Shown: in pieces, positions 36,560 to 46,192 of the stretch
How the letters are laid out: each line of letters starts with the position of its first letter
How positions within the stretch are numbered: the first letter of the stretch is position 1
Source of the DNA: an uncultured virus (IMG/VR IMGVR_UViG_3300032030_000023)
Lineage: Duplodnaviria > Heunggongvirae > Uroviricota > Caudoviricetes
Direction: 5' to 3' (one strand)
Length of the DNA: 62,640 nucleotides
Virus record (IMG/VR): IMGVR_UViG_3300032030_000023
Location: 62,001-124,640 of that record
The notes under the pieces: model-generated
Told to the model about the DNA's origin: nothing
What the model saw: only the letters and a program-made list of their open reading frames with translations
Databases searched by the model: none
Translations under genes and position numbers: made by a program

Positions 36560-37231
36560 ATGGAAATGGTAAGTATTACACTTGTAGATAATAAAGAGCG
36601 TGAGTTATGTACTTATAAAACAGCTCGTTTTCTTGCATTAGAGTTAGTAGAATATTTAAGTAATAGTTATTTTAAAACACATATGGCTAAAACTCAGCCT
36701 TGTAAAGAAGATTTAGTTAATTTTTTGTATCCATGCTTAACTAGTAATAGTGACGAAATAATTATTTATCTTAATGCACTTGATAAATTAGATAATGACT
36801 TTGTTAGATTAAATCCAAAAAGACATGCTAAAGTATTAATTAGAGCTTTGTTAGCTGGTGTTAGAAGCGCTCATAAAAATCACAAATTACTAAATAATAA
36901 TGATTTATATAATAACGGTATTCCAATATTTGCGATAGATGATAAACTTAATCATACATGGATAGCAAGATTTTCTAATTTTAAAATTAAAGTATTTATT
37001 GCATATTTAATGAGAGTTTATAAATTAGATAAAAATATAGCATATGATCTTTATAAAAATGCTATTAAACATAAAGAATTAGGTATAAATTTTGATAAAG
37101 TACTTGGTGAAGAAACGAAAAATTTTTTAATTAAACTTTATAGTCTTTCAAAATATGATGATTACAAGTTACATTATCTGTTAATAGAAGATTTTGAAAA
37201 TGAATATCGTAAAAAATATTCACAATTATAA
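36560..37231 (+). CDS. hypothetical protein
   Basis: long coupled ORF. Confidence 0.75.
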   Translation: MEMVSITLVDNKERELCTYKTARFLALELVEYLSNSYFKTHMAKTQPCKEDLVNFLYPCLTSNSDEIIIYLNALDKLDNDFVRLNPKRHAKVLIRALLAGVRSAHKNHKLLNNNDLYNNGIPIFAIDDKLNHTWIARFSNFKIKVFIAYLMRVYKLDKNIAYDLYKNAIKHKELGINFDKVLGEETKNFLIKLYSLSKYDDYKLHYLLIEDFENEYRKKYSQL

Positions 37232-37268
37232 TTTTTAGTTTTACAATTAACTTTTTCGATTGTATATA
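37230..37268 (+). promoter_or_regulatory. repeated early-type promoter
   Basis: AATTTTTAGTTTTACAATT. Confidence 0.7.
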
Positions 37269-37300
37269 AACAATTAATAAAATAATGAAAGGTGTAAATA

Positions 37301-37708
37301 ATGACAAAAAATAAAAAGAATTCTAAAGAACAAGAACAATTTGATTGTTGTGGTAAGTGTGAAGAATGTAAATATAGAGATCATTGTAAGCCACAAGTTT
37401 TAAGAAAGAAAGCTTTAGAAAATCCAGATATATTACCATTTCAGGGTGAAGATATTAGAAATGTTGCTGATTACTTTCCTCATATTGATGAATTACAAGA
37501 AAAAGTTTGTGCAGATGAAGCAGCAGATATTATGGAAGATTTTAAAGAAAAATTTCCTGATTTTTATGAATTATTAGAAGAATATAGTTGTATGGATTTA
37601 CATTTGAGATTAGCCTATAAAAATAGTATGAATATATTAGGTTTAATTGATGATACAGAAGAATCTGATACTGAAGAAGAAGATGACGAATTCACAGAAG
37701 ATTTATAA
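37301..37708 (+). CDS. acidic protein with N-terminal Cys cluster
   Basis: CCGKCEECKYRDHC; acidic tail. Confidence 0.7.
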   Translation: MTKNKKNSKEQEQFDCCGKCEECKYRDHCKPQVLRKKALENPDILPFQGEDIRNVADYFPHIDELQEKVCADEAADIMEDFKEKFPDFYELLEEYSCMDLHLRLAYKNSMNILGLIDDTEESDTEEEDDEFTEDL

Positions 37709-37720
37709 GAGGTAATTAAA

Positions 37721-38110
37721 ATGAACGTTCCACAAATCTTTGATGCTTTTGGTAAATATATTGTATATTGTTTAGGTGAAGAATATAAAAATATTGAAAA
37801 TATGTATTTTAATTATAATACAGGTGTAGCATTATTAAGATTTGATAAATCTGATATTTTTGATATGCTTGACGAAGCAGATGATGAAAGTATTTCTTTT
37901 GATCAACTTACATCGAGTGAATTTAGTCGTTTTGAAAAATTCATTAATTCTTTACAAATTCCGTACTTAGAGCCTAAAAAATTATATTTAGGTGGAGATT
38001 TATATTTTACTGTTACTGTATTTGTTGAAATTGCGCATGATGTACAGAATTTAAAAGAACTCACTAATCTTTTAATAGTTAAAGGCTTTTTATCAAGCGA
38101 AGATTTGTAA
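37721..38110 (+). CDS. hypothetical protein (possible paralog-family member)
   Basis: FINSLQIPY...QNLKELTNLLIVKGF. Confidence 0.7.
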   Translation: MNVPQIFDAFGKYIVYCLGEEYKNIENMYFNYNTGVALLRFDKSDIFDMLDEADDESISFDQLTSSEFSRFEKFINSLQIPYLEPKKLYLGGDLYFTVTVFVEIAHDVQNLKELTNLLIVKGFLSSEDL

Positions 38111-38151
38111 TTTTTGGTTTTACATTTTACTTTTTATATGTTATTTATAAT
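38109..38151 (+). promoter_or_regulatory. repeated early-type promoter
   Basis: AATTTTTGGTTTTACATTT. Confidence 0.8.
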
Positions 38152-38179
38152 TTATCAATGAATAATATAGGAGAAAGAG

Positions 38180-39127
38180 ATGAAATTATATAAAAGTTAT
38201 ATTGATAAAAATGGTAAGACAAGATGGATTAAGAAAAACTTTAAAGAATTAATCGAATCTTTACATCCATGTCCAATATGTGGTCAGCATCATCTTCGTA
38301 TTGATAATACATATGGTTGGACAAATGCTGCTATTTGGTGTCAAAATTGTAAACATCATATAGAAGGTAAAAATTTATCAGAAACAATGGATAGATGGAA
38401 TGCTGAATTTGAAAAAGTAGAACCAAAATTTGAACAAGCTAAAGATGAAAGGAAAGAGATGTTAGCTACAATTAAAGAATTAAACAAAATAGAACCAAAA
38501 GAAGAATATAATCCAAGAAAAGGCATGGGTGTTCGTATTAAAATTGACGATGAAGTTTTTAATACATTAAAAGAAGCTGCAGCATTCTTAGAAATTGATT
38601 GCTCTTACTTAAATAAAACATTAAAAACTAAGAATCCGGCTATTGTTAGAGGTTTTACAGTAGAGCGACTTTCTGAATTTCATAAAAGAAATCGTAAAAG
38701 TAACAATTTTCGCATTATTAATGAAAATACTAATGAAGTATTTAAAAGTTATAAAGAATGTGCTAGTAAATATCATATTAAAGCTAAAGATTTAAAACGT
38801 AATATTGAATTATTTAATAAATATATTATGCGTACAGGTGAAATATTACGTGTAACTACTGAAGAAAATACTTCAAATACTGATACAAATAAAAAGCAAG
38901 TTATTAATTCTTTGACAGCAGTAGAAAATTCTGTAGTAATTGATACACCTTCTGTTAATGATAAAGTTCAGAATATTACAAAAGAAGAAATTAAAGAAAA
39001 TATAGAAACTCAAAAGTATGAGATCACAAATGCCGTTAAAGCTGGTATTTATGATGCTTTAAAAGTTTGTGCAGAAAATGAAGATATTATTACACTGAAT
39101 AAATTACTTAAAATTATTGCAGAATAG
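38180..39127 (+). CDS. Lar-like zinc finger fused to NUMOD1-like DNA-binding repeats
   Basis: PCPICG...CQNC...RWN; FNTLKEAAAFL and FKSYKECASKY. Confidence 0.6.
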   Translation: MKLYKSYIDKNGKTRWIKKNFKELIESLHPCPICGQHHLRIDNTYGWTNAAIWCQNCKHHIEGKNLSETMDRWNAEFEKVEPKFEQAKDERKEMLATIKELNKIEPKEEYNPRKGMGVRIKIDDEVFNTLKEAAAFLEIDCSYLNKTLKTKNPAIVRGFTVERLSEFHKRNRKSNNFRIINENTNEVFKSYKECASKYHIKAKDLKRNIELFNKYIMRTGEILRVTTEENTSNTDTNKKQVINSLTAVENSVVIDTPSVNDKVQNITKEEIKENIETQKYEITNAVKAGIYDALKVCAENEDIITLNKLLKIIAE

Positions 39128-39135
39128 GAGTTATC

Positions 39136-39609
39136 ATGAACAGTGTATTTTATGTTAGTGCTGTAATACTTTGTGTTATATTAATGATATTGTTTGAAAG
39201 AATTATTTCACGATTAAAATATGTGCATAAAGTATCAGATTGGGCAGATAATAAAGAAAGCTATGACGGTATTTGTCGTTATGGTGATGAACATGCAAGA
39301 ATTTTTCATGATATACATAGTAAACAGTTAAAAGAATTTTTTGAAAAATACAATTTAGATGATAGAATTAGTTTTTCTGAATTTTCAATGCTTGTAGAAG
39401 CGGAAACAGATAATACTATTTATAAAAAAGTAAATAAAAACGCTTATAAAGTTAAATATTGTATTTATAAAGATAAATTTGAAGCATTTGAATGCTTTAC
39501 TGATCCAGAAATTTTTACAAAAGTATATGGTAGTAATGCAATAGGATATTCACTATATATTAATGAAAAAGGCGTTTGTTATTGCGTTATTTTGTGTAGA
39601 AGGGATTAA
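39136..39609 (+). CDS. membrane-anchored hypothetical protein
   Basis: N-terminal hydrophobic helix. Confidence 0.7.
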   Translation: MNSVFYVSAVILCVILMILFERIISRLKYVHKVSDWADNKESYDGICRYGDEHARIFHDIHSKQLKEFFEKYNLDDRISFSEFSMLVEAETDNTIYKKVNKNAYKVKYCIYKDKFEAFECFTDPEIFTKVYGSNAIGYSLYINEKGVCYCVILCRRD

Positions 39610-39613
39610 CATC

Positions 39614-39961
39614 ATGGTTAAAAAAGTAATTTATGATAATGAAGAATATAAGAGTTTACAGGAACTCGCTAATAGATTATGTATCACAAAACAGCGAGTG
39701 TGTCAATTAGTTAAAATGCACGGTGATGTATTAACGAAAGAAGATATTCAACAACATTTTAATAAAAATTCTGTTAAAGCTAATAGATTTGAAACTAGAA
39801 TTAATAAAACATTAAAAAAAGTAAATTGTAATACTATTGATGATTTGATTAATGTTTCTAAAAGTGAATTACTCAGAACTCCAGGAGTTGGAATTAAAGT
39901 TGTTACTGAATTAGAAAATAGATTAAGTAAAAAAGGCTTAAAATTTAATGACGTGGATTAA
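39614..39961 (+). CDS. HTH domain fused to RNA polymerase alpha-CTD-like domain
   Basis: SLQELANRLCITKQRVCQL; TRINKTLKKVNCNTIDDLINVSKSELLRTPGVGIKVVTELENRL. Confidence 0.75.
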   Translation: MVKKVIYDNEEYKSLQELANRLCITKQRVCQLVKMHGDVLTKEDIQQHFNKNSVKANRFETRINKTLKKVNCNTIDDLINVSKSELLRTPGVGIKVVTELENRLSKKGLKFNDVD

Positions 39962-40418
39962 GCGAATAACAACAAATGAATTAATATCACAAGCTCATTA
40001 TAAGGGTATTTCTTTAAATGAATATAAATTTGCTGCTATAATATATGGTCCATATAGAAATAAAATATTAAAAAGATTAACTAAAATTTGTAATTGGTCT
40101 ATTTATTCTAAATTTATAGAATGGGTTGCATGTGGAGAATATCGCTATAATAAGTTTTATAGATCATATACACAAAAAAGATTATCTCAAGAATGGCCAG
40201 TATTCTTTATAGGTACATTTTCAGATAGAATGAAATTTTTATTAAAGTTATCATATAATATAGATATATTTCATTGGAATGATGATACTGATGATAAAAT
40301 TATTGAAGCAATTAAAAATGAATTAAAAACTAATTGTATAAAAGAAATGCATACTTCTCGATATTTTAGAGAAGTATCAGATCAATTTATTATAACAGAT
40401 AATAGACAAAAAGGATAA
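39948..40418 (+). CDS. hypothetical protein
   Basis: coupled ORF. Confidence 0.7.
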   Translation: MTWIKRITTNELISQAHYKGISLNEYKFAAIIYGPYRNKILKRLTKICNWSIYSKFIEWVACGEYRYNKFYRSYTQKRLSQEWPVFFIGTFSDRMKFLLKLSYNIDIFHWNDDTDDKIIEAIKNELKTNCIKEMHTSRYFREVSDQFIITDNRQKG

Positions 40419-40422
40419 TAAG

Positions 40423-40743
40423 ATGATTAATATTGGAAAAGGAACTTATATTTTTGTGAGAGCTGGATTTGGAAAAATTAATGATAAATTGTATAAAAAA
40501 GAATTTCCTTTATACGATCCAGATTGTAATTGTTGCGGTAAATGTGCTATTATGCCAGAAAATGATCTTGTAGTACATATCACGATGGATAGAAGTGTTG
40601 ATTTAGATACTAATGCTTATTTCACAATTGAACCTCGTGCTTATACAGTTGAAGGTGAAGAAATAGTAGATATTAAGTATTTCATGTTTGTTACAGAAAA
40701 TACTTCTAAAATTTTTACACCAATTCCTATGAAAAAATTTTAA
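40423..40743 (+). CDS. hypothetical protein
   Basis: AAGGA RBS; CNCCGKC. Confidence 0.7.
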   Translation: MINIGKGTYIFVRAGFGKINDKLYKKEFPLYDPDCNCCGKCAIMPENDLVVHITMDRSVDLDTNAYFTIEPRAYTVEGEEIVDIKYFMFVTENTSKIFTPIPMKKF

Positions 40744-40778
40744 TTTTGGTTTTACATTTAACATTTAATTGATAATAT
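40742..40778 (+). promoter_or_regulatory. repeated early-type promoter
   Basis: AATTTTGGTTTTACATTTAACATTT...TG-n-TAATAT. Confidence 0.8.
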
Positions 40779-40810
40779 GTTTATATAAAAACATAATGAA
40801 AGGATAAAAA

Positions 40811-42421
40811 ATGTCAGAAGCAACACGTTTAAAATTACAAGAACAAGAACATACAAGAGAAAGAGTACGTTATAATAGACGTCAAGAAGAAAAATCAGAA
40901 ATTGAAGAAAATACATTTTTTAATATTATGGTTGATCAATCTATTTCACCTGAAGATAAAGTAAAGCAAGTAGCAAAAGCTTTAACTTTTACTAATGATA
41001 AAGAAAAAGATAGAGCCAATATTAAAGAATTTGAGCAATTCAAAGAGTATTTACAACAACAATCTGAAGAAATGTCTCGTCAACGTATTCAGATGACTGA
41101 TACTGGTACTTTTTCAGAACTTCAAAAGGTATATGGTGATTTTAATAATGATTTGAATGATTTCATTGAAAAGATTAAACCATTAACTGATACTACAGAT
41201 GCTTTGTATACATTGCGTAAAAATGGTGAAACACGTTCTGTATTAGCAAAAATTCAGCAAGATAAAGCAAATCGTAGAGATTTAGAAGAAGAGCTTCAAA
41301 ATCTGATGAATGAACTTTATAATACAGATAATCAACTTAATGATTTACAATTTGAAAATACAAAATTAGCAGAAGATAAATCTTTCTTCGGATTTGGTAA
41401 TATTAAACCTGAATCTAAAGCTAAAATTGTACAAAATGAAAGTTTAATTACTCAATTAACTACAGTAAAAGAAGAACTTAATACTAAAATAACAGATGTA
41501 CAAGCAAAATTAACTAATATGGATTCGGGTGAAGGTTATTCTTTTGAAGCACAAAAGTTAAGAGAGTTATTAAATCTTAATTCAGAAGAGCATATTCAAA
41601 GACAAGCTGATTTAGTACAATCTGCTCTTACATTCATTACTACAGGTAAAGAACGTTTTGGATCAATTCGTGAACATCTTGGATTAATGGATAAGCAAAT
41701 TGAAGGTTTAACTGATAATAACAGTAAAATGTTACAAACCTATGCTATTCTTAATGATGCTACAAAGCAAGCAGAAGAAGCTAATAAAAAACAAAGAGAA
41801 GAATTATTAGCTAAGCCAGAACCAGAGAGTGCTGTTGCTAAAATGCAATTAGATTCACAAAAGAGAGATCTTGATGAACATATTGATACAGTTTCTCAAT
41901 CAACAGTAGATACAATGCAAACTTATGGTGAATTATCTATTGAAGAAATTAAATTGCGTAATATGTCAGCTGCAACAAAGAATCAATCTCAAGCTGCTGC
42001 TACAATGCATTCTAGAGGTATTGCATCGGTTGCATCTCAGTTATCTGTTGTATTAACAGCTGTTAATAGTGCTGCGATTAATGAATCTCAAGTTATGGCT
42101 TCTGATACATTAACACAGATGGCAAATGTAACTAATGATGTTGCTAAGAAAGAATCAATTAGAATTGCAACTGGTCGTGATGATGTTAATATCGAACTTG
42201 AAAAGACATTACAAGATCTTGTTGCATTTGGTGATACACAACGTCAAGCCACGGATATTACTCGTGATGCTATTGCAACAATGCGTAATAATTTAGACGA
42301 ATTAGAGAAGTTATCTAAAGATGTACAAGGTGATACTGCTGAATTTGTAGCTGTTACTGCAGATACTATTTCAGATAAAAAAGAAAAGAAAGCTAGTAAA
42401 TCATCTAAATCACTTTTTTAG
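40811..42421 (+). CDS. long coiled-coil protein
   Basis: 536 aa, heptad-rich, no Cys or Trp. Confidence 0.8.
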   Translation: MSEATRLKLQEQEHTRERVRYNRRQEEKSEIEENTFFNIMVDQSISPEDKVKQVAKALTFTNDKEKDRANIKEFEQFKEYLQQQSEEMSRQRIQMTDTGTFSELQKVYGDFNNDLNDFIEKIKPLTDTTDALYTLRKNGETRSVLAKIQQDKANRRDLEEELQNLMNELYNTDNQLNDLQFENTKLAEDKSFFGFGNIKPESKAKIVQNESLITQLTTVKEELNTKITDVQAKLTNMDSGEGYSFEAQKLRELLNLNSEEHIQRQADLVQSALTFITTGKERFGSIREHLGLMDKQIEGLTDNNSKMLQTYAILNDATKQAEEANKKQREELLAKPEPESAVAKMQLDSQKRDLDEHIDTVSQSTVDTMQTYGELSIEEIKLRNMSAATKNQSQAAATMHSRGIASVASQLSVVLTAVNSAAINESQVMASDTLTQMANVTNDVAKKESIRIATGRDDVNIELEKTLQDLVAFGDTQRQATDITRDAIATMRNNLDELEKLSKDVQGDTAEFVAVTADTISDKKEKKASKSSKSLF

Positions 42422-42423
42422 AA

Positions 42424-42490
42424 TATTCGTTATAAAAAGTGCTGAAAAGTGGCAATTATTCGCTATAAAAAGTGTAAAAGTTGCCACTTC
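42424..42490. repeat. imperfect 33-bp tandem repeat containing a hairpin
   Basis: TATTCGYTATAAAAAGTG twice; AAGTGGCAA/TTGCCACTT inverted repeat. Confidence 0.7.
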
Positions 42491-42512
42491 TTCACTAGAA
42501 AAAGGTGAATGA

Positions 42513-42704
42513 ATGTATATAATTGAAGTAGTTAAATATGCTAAAACAAATGATGGAGTAATAGAATTACGTAAACCTGTTGGTATATTTAAAAATAAAT
42601 TTAATGCTGAAGATCACATTGCACTTTATAGTGAAAAATATCTTGATAATGATTATAATAGTGAATGTAATCTTGAAATAAGAGAATTGGATTCAGATTT
42701 ATAA
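42513..42704 (+). CDS. hypothetical protein
   Basis: AAGGTG RBS. Confidence 0.6.
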   Translation: MYIIEVVKYAKTNDGVIELRKPVGIFKNKFNAEDHIALYSEKYLDNDYNSECNLEIRELDSDL

Positions 42705-42719
42705 AAGAAAGTATTAAAA

Positions 42720-44837
42720 ATGAAAGTAATAAGTGGTCAAGACTATATTAAAAATTTTCCTGATTTTAAGTTGATTAATAGGCAAGAAGATATAGAACGT
42801 ATCTCTTCTATTCTATGTCGTAAGCATAATAATTCATTATTAATTACTGGTCCAGAAGGTGTAGGTGTAAGCTCTATTTTATTAGGATTACAACTGTTAA
42901 AATCTTCTTCTGAAGCTTCTTTTGCAATGCAATCTAAACAATTCTTTTGGTTAGATATTGATGGTTTATTTGCAAGTGGTGATAGTCAAGAAATTAATAA
43001 TGAATTTCAGTCTATTGTTTATAATATGACAAAAACACCTAATTCTGTTCTTATTATTCCGAATGCATATACTTTCTTAGAAGGTGCTAGAAATTCAGGA
43101 AACTCTCACTTTATGAATATTTTAAATAACGCTGATAAATTAAATACATTTCAGGTTATTATGGAAGTTAATGATAATCAATTAAGTGAAGTGTATAAAG
43201 AAAATTCAGCAATTAATGAATTTTATACTATATATGAAGTTAAAGAATTAAAAGATAAATTACTAGAAGAAAGTATCTTAGAAGCGAGTAAAAATCTTGT
43301 TAAGTATCATAATATTAAGATTGATGAGGAAGCTGTTAAAGAGGCAATCAAGTTAACAACAAAATACAGAGAAGATTTTGGTTTAGGTACAGCTCAACCA
43401 AGCAGATCATTAAATTTATTAGATAGAGCATTATCATCATATAAACAGGAAGTTATAAAAGAACATCCTACATTAAAGAAACTTAAAAAAGAGATAGACG
43501 AATGTACAGATGAAGTAGAAAAAGCTAGTTTAACTGAAGTTTATCAAGATTCTTTTGCAGATTGGATGGAAGCTAAAGAAGAAATAACTAAATATACTAA
43601 AATTATTTCAGAATGTGAAACTTTAAGACTACAATATGAATCTGAAATAGAAAGTATTAAAAAAGAAGAAAAAGAACGTCAAGAAGAACAAGAAAAATTA
43701 GGTGCTAAAACGTTTACATCTCTTGTTGGTGATGGAATAGAGTCCAAAAAAGTCATTGAGTTAAGAAATAAAATTAAGCTTATTAATGAAGAGATTGTAG
43801 ATACTCAGAATAAATATAAAGAACTTTCTGATAAGTTTAATAGTAAATTAGTATTAACAAAAAATGAGATACTTGATGAATTTAGCTTAATTTCAGGTAT
43901 TTCTGCTAATAAATTAAATGAAAATGAATTAGAAAACTTAAAAGCATTAGAAACTAATTTATTAAATGATGTTTATGGTCAGGATAATATCGTAAAAGCT
44001 GTGGCTAATGCAATTAAAGTAGCTAAGATTGATACAATGAAAGATTCTGGCCCAGCCGCAAGCTTTCTATTTCTTGGGCCGAGCGGTTGTGGCAAAACTT
44101 TTCTTTCAAAATCAATGGCTTACAATCTTTTTGGTGATGAAAGAGCACTTATTCGCTTTGACATGTCCGAATATATGGAAAAGCATGCAGTCGCTAAATT
44201 GATTGGTGCTCCTCCGGGATATGAAGGATTTGAATGTGGTGGTATTTTAACCAATACAGTGCGCAAAAATCCTATGGGAGTATATTTGTTTGATGAAATT
44301 GAAAAAGCTCATCCTGATGTATTTAACATCTTTTTACAAATACTTTCAGATGGTCGTTTAACTGATAATATTGGTCGTACAGTTGATTTTTCAGAAACAA
44401 TAATTGTTATGACTTCTAATATTGGTCAAAAGTATTATCTTGATATGTCTTTAACCGATGAAGAAGCTAAAGAAAAAGCAAATGAAGAATTAACAAGTAT
44501 ATATAGATCAGAATTACTTAATAGATTTAATGGTCGTGAAAATATATTTCATTTTCATAGATTATCAATGGAAACAATTCAAAGGATTGTTGCTAGAGAA
44601 ATTAATAATCTTAAAAATGCTTATAAAGATAAATTTGATTTAAATATGTCTTTAGAAGAAATAGAAAAATTCTGTAATGATCAATATGATCCAATTAAAG
44701 GTGCAAGAGGTTTGCCTGGATATATTAAAGCACATTTAAGACCTAAACTTGTTGATTTATTACTTAATAATTTTGGTTTTACTTCTGTTAATATTAAATA
44801 TAATAATGATATTAAAGATTTTGAACTAATTTATTAA
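42720..44837 (+). CDS. clpB: ClpB/ClpA-like Hsp100 AAA+ ATPase lacking N-domain, degenerate NBD1
   Basis: NBD2 GPSGCGKT, RFDMSEY, IGAPPGYEG, LFDEIEKAHPDV, GAR; NBD1 Walker A reads GPEGVGVS. Confidence 0.85.
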   Translation: MKVISGQDYIKNFPDFKLINRQEDIERISSILCRKHNNSLLITGPEGVGVSSILLGLQLLKSSSEASFAMQSKQFFWLDIDGLFASGDSQEINNEFQSIVYNMTKTPNSVLIIPNAYTFLEGARNSGNSHFMNILNNADKLNTFQVIMEVNDNQLSEVYKENSAINEFYTIYEVKELKDKLLEESILEASKNLVKYHNIKIDEEAVKEAIKLTTKYREDFGLGTAQPSRSLNLLDRALSSYKQEVIKEHPTLKKLKKEIDECTDEVEKASLTEVYQDSFADWMEAKEEITKYTKIISECETLRLQYESEIESIKKEEKERQEEQEKLGAKTFTSLVGDGIESKKVIELRNKIKLINEEIVDTQNKYKELSDKFNSKLVLTKNEILDEFSLISGISANKLNENELENLKALETNLLNDVYGQDNIVKAVANAIKVAKIDTMKDSGPAASFLFLGPSGCGKTFLSKSMAYNLFGDERALIRFDMSEYMEKHAVAKLIGAPPGYEGFECGGILTNTVRKNPMGVYLFDEIEKAHPDVFNIFLQILSDGRLTDNIGRTVDFSETIIVMTSNIGQKYYLDMSLTDEEAKEKANEELTSIYRSELLNRFNGRENIFHFHRLSMETIQRIVAREINNLKNAYKDKFDLNMSLEEIEKFCNDQYDPIKGARGLPGYIKAHLRPKLVDLLLNNFGFTSVNIKYNNDIKDFELIY

Positions 44838-44847
44838 GGAAAATTAC

Positions 44848-45150
44848 ATGAAATTATATGCTGAAAATCCAGAAGGTAATGCAAAGGGTGATACTTTTCA
44901 TTTTGTATATTTACACAGAAAGTTAGAAACTCTTAATGGTTTTGATATCGTAAATATAGAAGGTGAAGAACCTGAAGTAGGTATTCATGATGTATCTATA
45001 AATATTAAAGGTAAAGACCATGATGCTTTATTATTCTATTGGCAACCGAAAGATTGTCCTAATAAAAAAGGATTGATTGTTGCAAAAGATGATAATAAAG
45101 GCATTTTAGAAGCAAGATTGGCATATAATAATAAAAAAAGATTTATTTGA
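44848..45150 (+). CDS. hypothetical protein
   Basis: AAGGA RBS. Confidence 0.7.
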   Translation: MKLYAENPEGNAKGDTFHFVYLHRKLETLNGFDIVNIEGEEPEVGIHDVSINIKGKDHDALLFYWQPKDCPNKKGLIVAKDDNKGILEARLAYNNKKRFI

Positions 45151-45161
45151 GAGGTTTTTTA

Positions 45162-45497
45162 ATGAGTGATTGGACAAATATTTGTGGTGTAATAAGATAT
45201 GATGCATTTAAAGACTTAAATGTTGAAAAAGCATTTAGTAAAGATTTACCACGTGGTTCAGAAGGTCCATTAAAGATTATTAAAAATTATACAAATACTG
45301 GTGACTGTCTTACTATAATTGGTGATTTAAGAGATTATACAGATTTAGTAAGACTTGCAAATTGGTGGAAAAATATTCCTGGTAAATTAAAATCTTGTTT
45401 TATAACATATGCTATTTTATATGTTGAATGTGGTAATAAAAAATTAATATTAACTGAAGAAGATATGAATAAGGAGCAAGATTTAGATAATGATTAA
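45162..45497 (+). CDS. hypothetical phage protein
   Basis: LPRGSEGPL...GDLRD motif; GAGG RBS. Confidence 0.7.
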   Translation: MSDWTNICGVIRYDAFKDLNVEKAFSKDLPRGSEGPLKIIKNYTNTGDCLTIIGDLRDYTDLVRLANWWKNIPGKLKSCFITYAILYVECGNKKLILTEEDMNKEQDLDND

Positions 45498-46083
45498 TAT
45501 TATAGAAAAATTTAAGTATTTAATAACAATATTTTATAGTATTTTTAAGCTTATTGAAAAATGCGTTGTTATACCTGTAAAAAGAGTACTTATATTTTGT
45601 AAACCCTTTACAAACTGGTATAAGAGTATTTGGAAAAAATATTGTTATGATAAATATAGAGATTTTCTATACAAAAAAGCAGTTATTATGATATTTTCCA
45701 CTATTTGTAGTATTTATATAATATTTTCAATTTTAAGTTTTACTTTTGATTGTATATATTATCTATCTACTAAAAAGGTAGAAACTATTTATTTATCAGA
45801 TTCTGTAGAATTAGAAGAAGATTTATGGAGTGCCAAAGGTTGTCTAACTAAAGATTGTAATTCTGATAATGCTCTTTATTTTAGAATAAAATCTACATGG
45901 TTTAATAATATTTGGAATTTATGGCATCATAAACAAATATTTTTACCTGATATAATTGCATCAGCTGTTCCAACAGGTCAAACACGATGTGAAGTAATTA
46001 GTTATGGATTAAGATATAGAATATTTATGATATTTAATTACTATCCTCAAATTTTACAAGTACAGTGTATCGCTGTAGATTGA
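45490..46083 (+). CDS. membrane protein, DUF1523-like
   Basis: one TM helix; C-terminal CEVISYGLRYRIF...YPQILQV. Confidence 0.55.
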   Translation: MINIIEKFKYLITIFYSIFKLIEKCVVIPVKRVLIFCKPFTNWYKSIWKKYCYDKYRDFLYKKAVIMIFSTICSIYIIFSILSFTFDCIYYLSTKKVETIYLSDSVELEEDLWSAKGCLTKDCNSDNALYFRIKSTWFNNIWNLWHHKQIFLPDIIASAVPTGQTRCEVISYGLRYRIFMIFNYYPQILQVQCIAVD

Positions 46084-46102
46084 GACAAATTATACAAAAT
46101 TT

Positions 46103-46143
46103 AAAATTTGGTTTTACATTATAATTAGTATAGTTTATATAAT
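46103..46143 (+). promoter_or_regulatory. repeated early-type promoter
   Basis: AAAATTTGGTTTTACATT...TATAAT. Confidence 0.7.
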
Positions 46144-46192
46144 GCTCATGAAATGATAAGTGAGTATTAATTAAACATGAAAAGAGGTTAAA

